The notes beneath the pieces were generated by a model. That model saw only the letters and a program-made list of their open reading frames with translations, was not told where the DNA came from and ran no database searches. From contig NMRA01000322.1 in assembly GCA_002633005.1 (NCBI GenBank), forward strand, positions 445,150 through 509,149: a stretch of DNA of 64,000 nucleotides, written 5' to 3'. Shown here piece after piece: positions 62,218 to 64,000 of this stretch; the first letter of the stretch is position 1; every line of letters starts with the position of its first letter. A program made the translations under genes and the position numbers. The stretch is from Phoronis australis. Taxonomy: Eukaryota; Animalia; Phoronida.

Positions 62218-62277
62218 CTTTGAGCTGTCCTTTGTCCATCTGACTTGTAGTCGTGCTTGACTTGTTGTTGCAATCTT
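62218..62277 (-). CDS. Nested antisense gene (or paralogue), phase-1 exon (DCNNKSSTTTSQMDKGQLK)
   Basis: ctctttag acceptor and AAG|gtagat donor; 60 nt, open. Confidence 0.45.
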
Positions 62278-62904
62278 CTAAAGAGGCCCAAAACTTGAAG
62301 AAGGTCCAAATCATGGCTGTAATTTATGAGGGCATGTTTTTATACAAGATTAAAACAAGTTTCATTATTCTAAAACTAGCAAATATTTGCTATTGTGTAG
62401 CGGGGTTTAATACAGACACCTGAGCTCTTTTCCGTAGACCTGGTACATGGAGTTTCAGCAAGAAATCTTTGCTAATAGAATGGAAAAAGTGAATCCTATC
62501 CCATATCTCAACATTCCATTCTCAACGACCAATCACTTCAGTCGCCATTTTCTTAGGTTACGCTATTCTCTAGTGTACTCATGAAATACTCGCCGTCGCG
62601 TGATTTTGCATTCTCGCTTTTCTCTCAAAGAACTTGGCCAATGGAACACTGCCCTGAATTCTTTGGACAATTAGTGCTTGTGAAAGCTCAGGTTATCCAT
62701 CTCTTTTTCTAGTTATTAGAAACTTGTCATTGATGCATGAGTTTGACTGGCCTACATAGAACTTGTAATTGGCGCGTTCTTATTCCCAGGGACCTTCCTA
62801 TAGTCTTTTTGCAATGTCAGTGTTCACAGGTATGCTTATATTACTGAACATGCAACAAATTGCTATAGGCACTGCAAACCAGCTACTTAGTTTCAAAAAC
62901 TCAC

Positions 62905-63042
62905 AAAACAGGTGAAAGATGCGCTGGTTGACCCTGCTATCAGAGGCCCCAGTTGTTTCAGTATCAATATCTGTTTGTTTAGCAGCATCTTTTCTGCGGT
63001 CTTCTCTGTTGTTTTCCTCTTTTCTATCCATCAGAGCTAAAT
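62905..63042 (-). CDS. Nested antisense gene (or paralogue), phase-1 exon (LALMDRKEENNREDRRKDAAKQTDIDTETTGASDSRVNQRIFHLF)
   Basis: ttttttttcag acceptor and TTT|gtgagt donor; 138 nt, open. Confidence 0.55.
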
Positions 63043-63418
63043 CTGAAAAAAAATGGCGGGTTTCAGAATACTGATGAATGTCACAAGTCTCGTTTCATTG
63101 TGATTGTAGTTTTCAAAATCATTCTCAGTAATCACATTTTATTTACACTGCTTAAGATAACACTCTTGATAAACACATGGTATTGTTGACTTGCACTTAA
63201 TTTTTTACAAAAAGCATCACGTGACTGTTTTGTGAGTTTCAGTTTCGTTTTTATCAGCTGATTTATGTACACAAACACGGTTATAACCAGCCTTTGTTGG
63301 CATCAATAAATAATTTATGGGTGTGATTACGTTTGTTTGGCTACTGGGCTGTTGGTATTCTATTTTAATTTGAATGTATGAATTTTGATTAGTTTATTCT
63401 GAAATATGGTTGTTCCAG

Positions 63419-63581
63419 AGCACTCCGACCTCGTCCTGAGAAGATTCAAGATAATGTCAATACTGGTTCATCACCAGGGCCTGTTAAAGAGAAACTGCCG
63501 CCAATACGATGTCGAGAGTGTCGTCAATTACTGGACGACAACCCCGATCTCAAGGTGTTCCCTGGGGATCCTTCAGAGGCG
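63419..63581 (+). CDS. DNMT1: DNMT1 exon at the start of the RFTS domain (ALRPRPEKIQDNVNTGSSPGPVKEKLPPIRCRECRQLLDDNPDLKVFPGDPSEA)
   Basis: ttccag acceptor and GCG|gtgagt donor; the phase-2 start is compatible with exon 7. CxxCxQxLDD.PDLK.F.GDP..A is the DNMT1 RFTS zinc-site signature. Confidence 0.93.
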
Positions 63582-63803
63582 GTGAGTTATACTGAAAGTG
63601 ATGGTAACAGCACTGCTTATTGCACATTTAAGCTGTACAGCGATGCTGATGTCTGCGTGAATATTTGGAAAGTTTTATTTCAGCATTGAAAGTTATTATT
63701 TTACACGCCTTCATGTTTGACTGTTATACTTCTGCCAAATATTCTATTCAAGCTATGTTTGCCCAGGTAGAAGGAAAATTTGTTTCTCTGTCAGTCATTG
63801 CAC

Positions 63804-63910
63804 CAGGCCTTCATGCAGCGTACGTCCTGGGCGTCCATTTGGACGCCCTAGCACTAATGTAGACGCCCTGGCAAGGAAGCCCAATGTATCATTTGGACGC
63901 CCTGTCATTC
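63804..63910 (+). mobile_element. Probable hAT-type left end
   Basis: CAGGCC start followed by repeated GACGCCC subterminal motifs. The other end is not seen. Confidence 0.4.
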
Positions 63911-64000
63911 AGAATTTCTCCAGCTTGGACACCCACATTGAAAGACTACTAAGACTCCCAGTTAATCAAAGGGAAGTTGGCCCTTTCAACTGGGAAAGAA

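Noticed and set aside
63767-63862. cccag|VEGKFVSLSV... as the next DNMT1 exon
   Set aside because: Only superficially like the expected (V/R)EE(F/Y)..LT.P.LS.F continuation; it runs into a TE-like end and a stop.

Overview
AT-rich, intron-rich animal genomic DNA. It is probably an invertebrate deuterostome, inferred from the sea-urchin-like DNMT1 N-terminus. Nothing prokaryotic or CRISPR-like is present. (1) A single-domain hexokinase gene lies on the minus strand, with 10 recognisable coding exons at 863-15056. One exon end is hidden in the N gap at 4125-4596 and the first exon is uncertain. (2) Head-to-head with it is the 5' part of DNMT1 on the plus strand: 8 phase-compatible exons at 20236-63581 encoding the doubled DMAP1-binding repeat, the PIP box QPSILSMF and the start of the RFTS zinc site; the gene continues beyond the window. 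(3) The 28-kb DNMT1 intron (35059-63418) holds an unrecognised antisense gene made almost entirely of symmetric phase-1 exons, several of them tandemly duplicated and one decayed. It also holds an inverted-repeat element with a CpG-rich core and splice donors facing both ways. (4) Many non-autonomous DNA transposons can be classified by their ends and target duplications: AcademH-like (9-bp TSD), hAT6-like (6-bp), 5-bp-TSD families, PIF/Harbinger (TAA/TTA) and pogo-like (TA). There is also a perfect 87-bp-arm palindrome, a tRNA-derived SINE, and a repeat family carrying CTCF-like motifs. All coordinates and translations were read by hand and no database searches were run.
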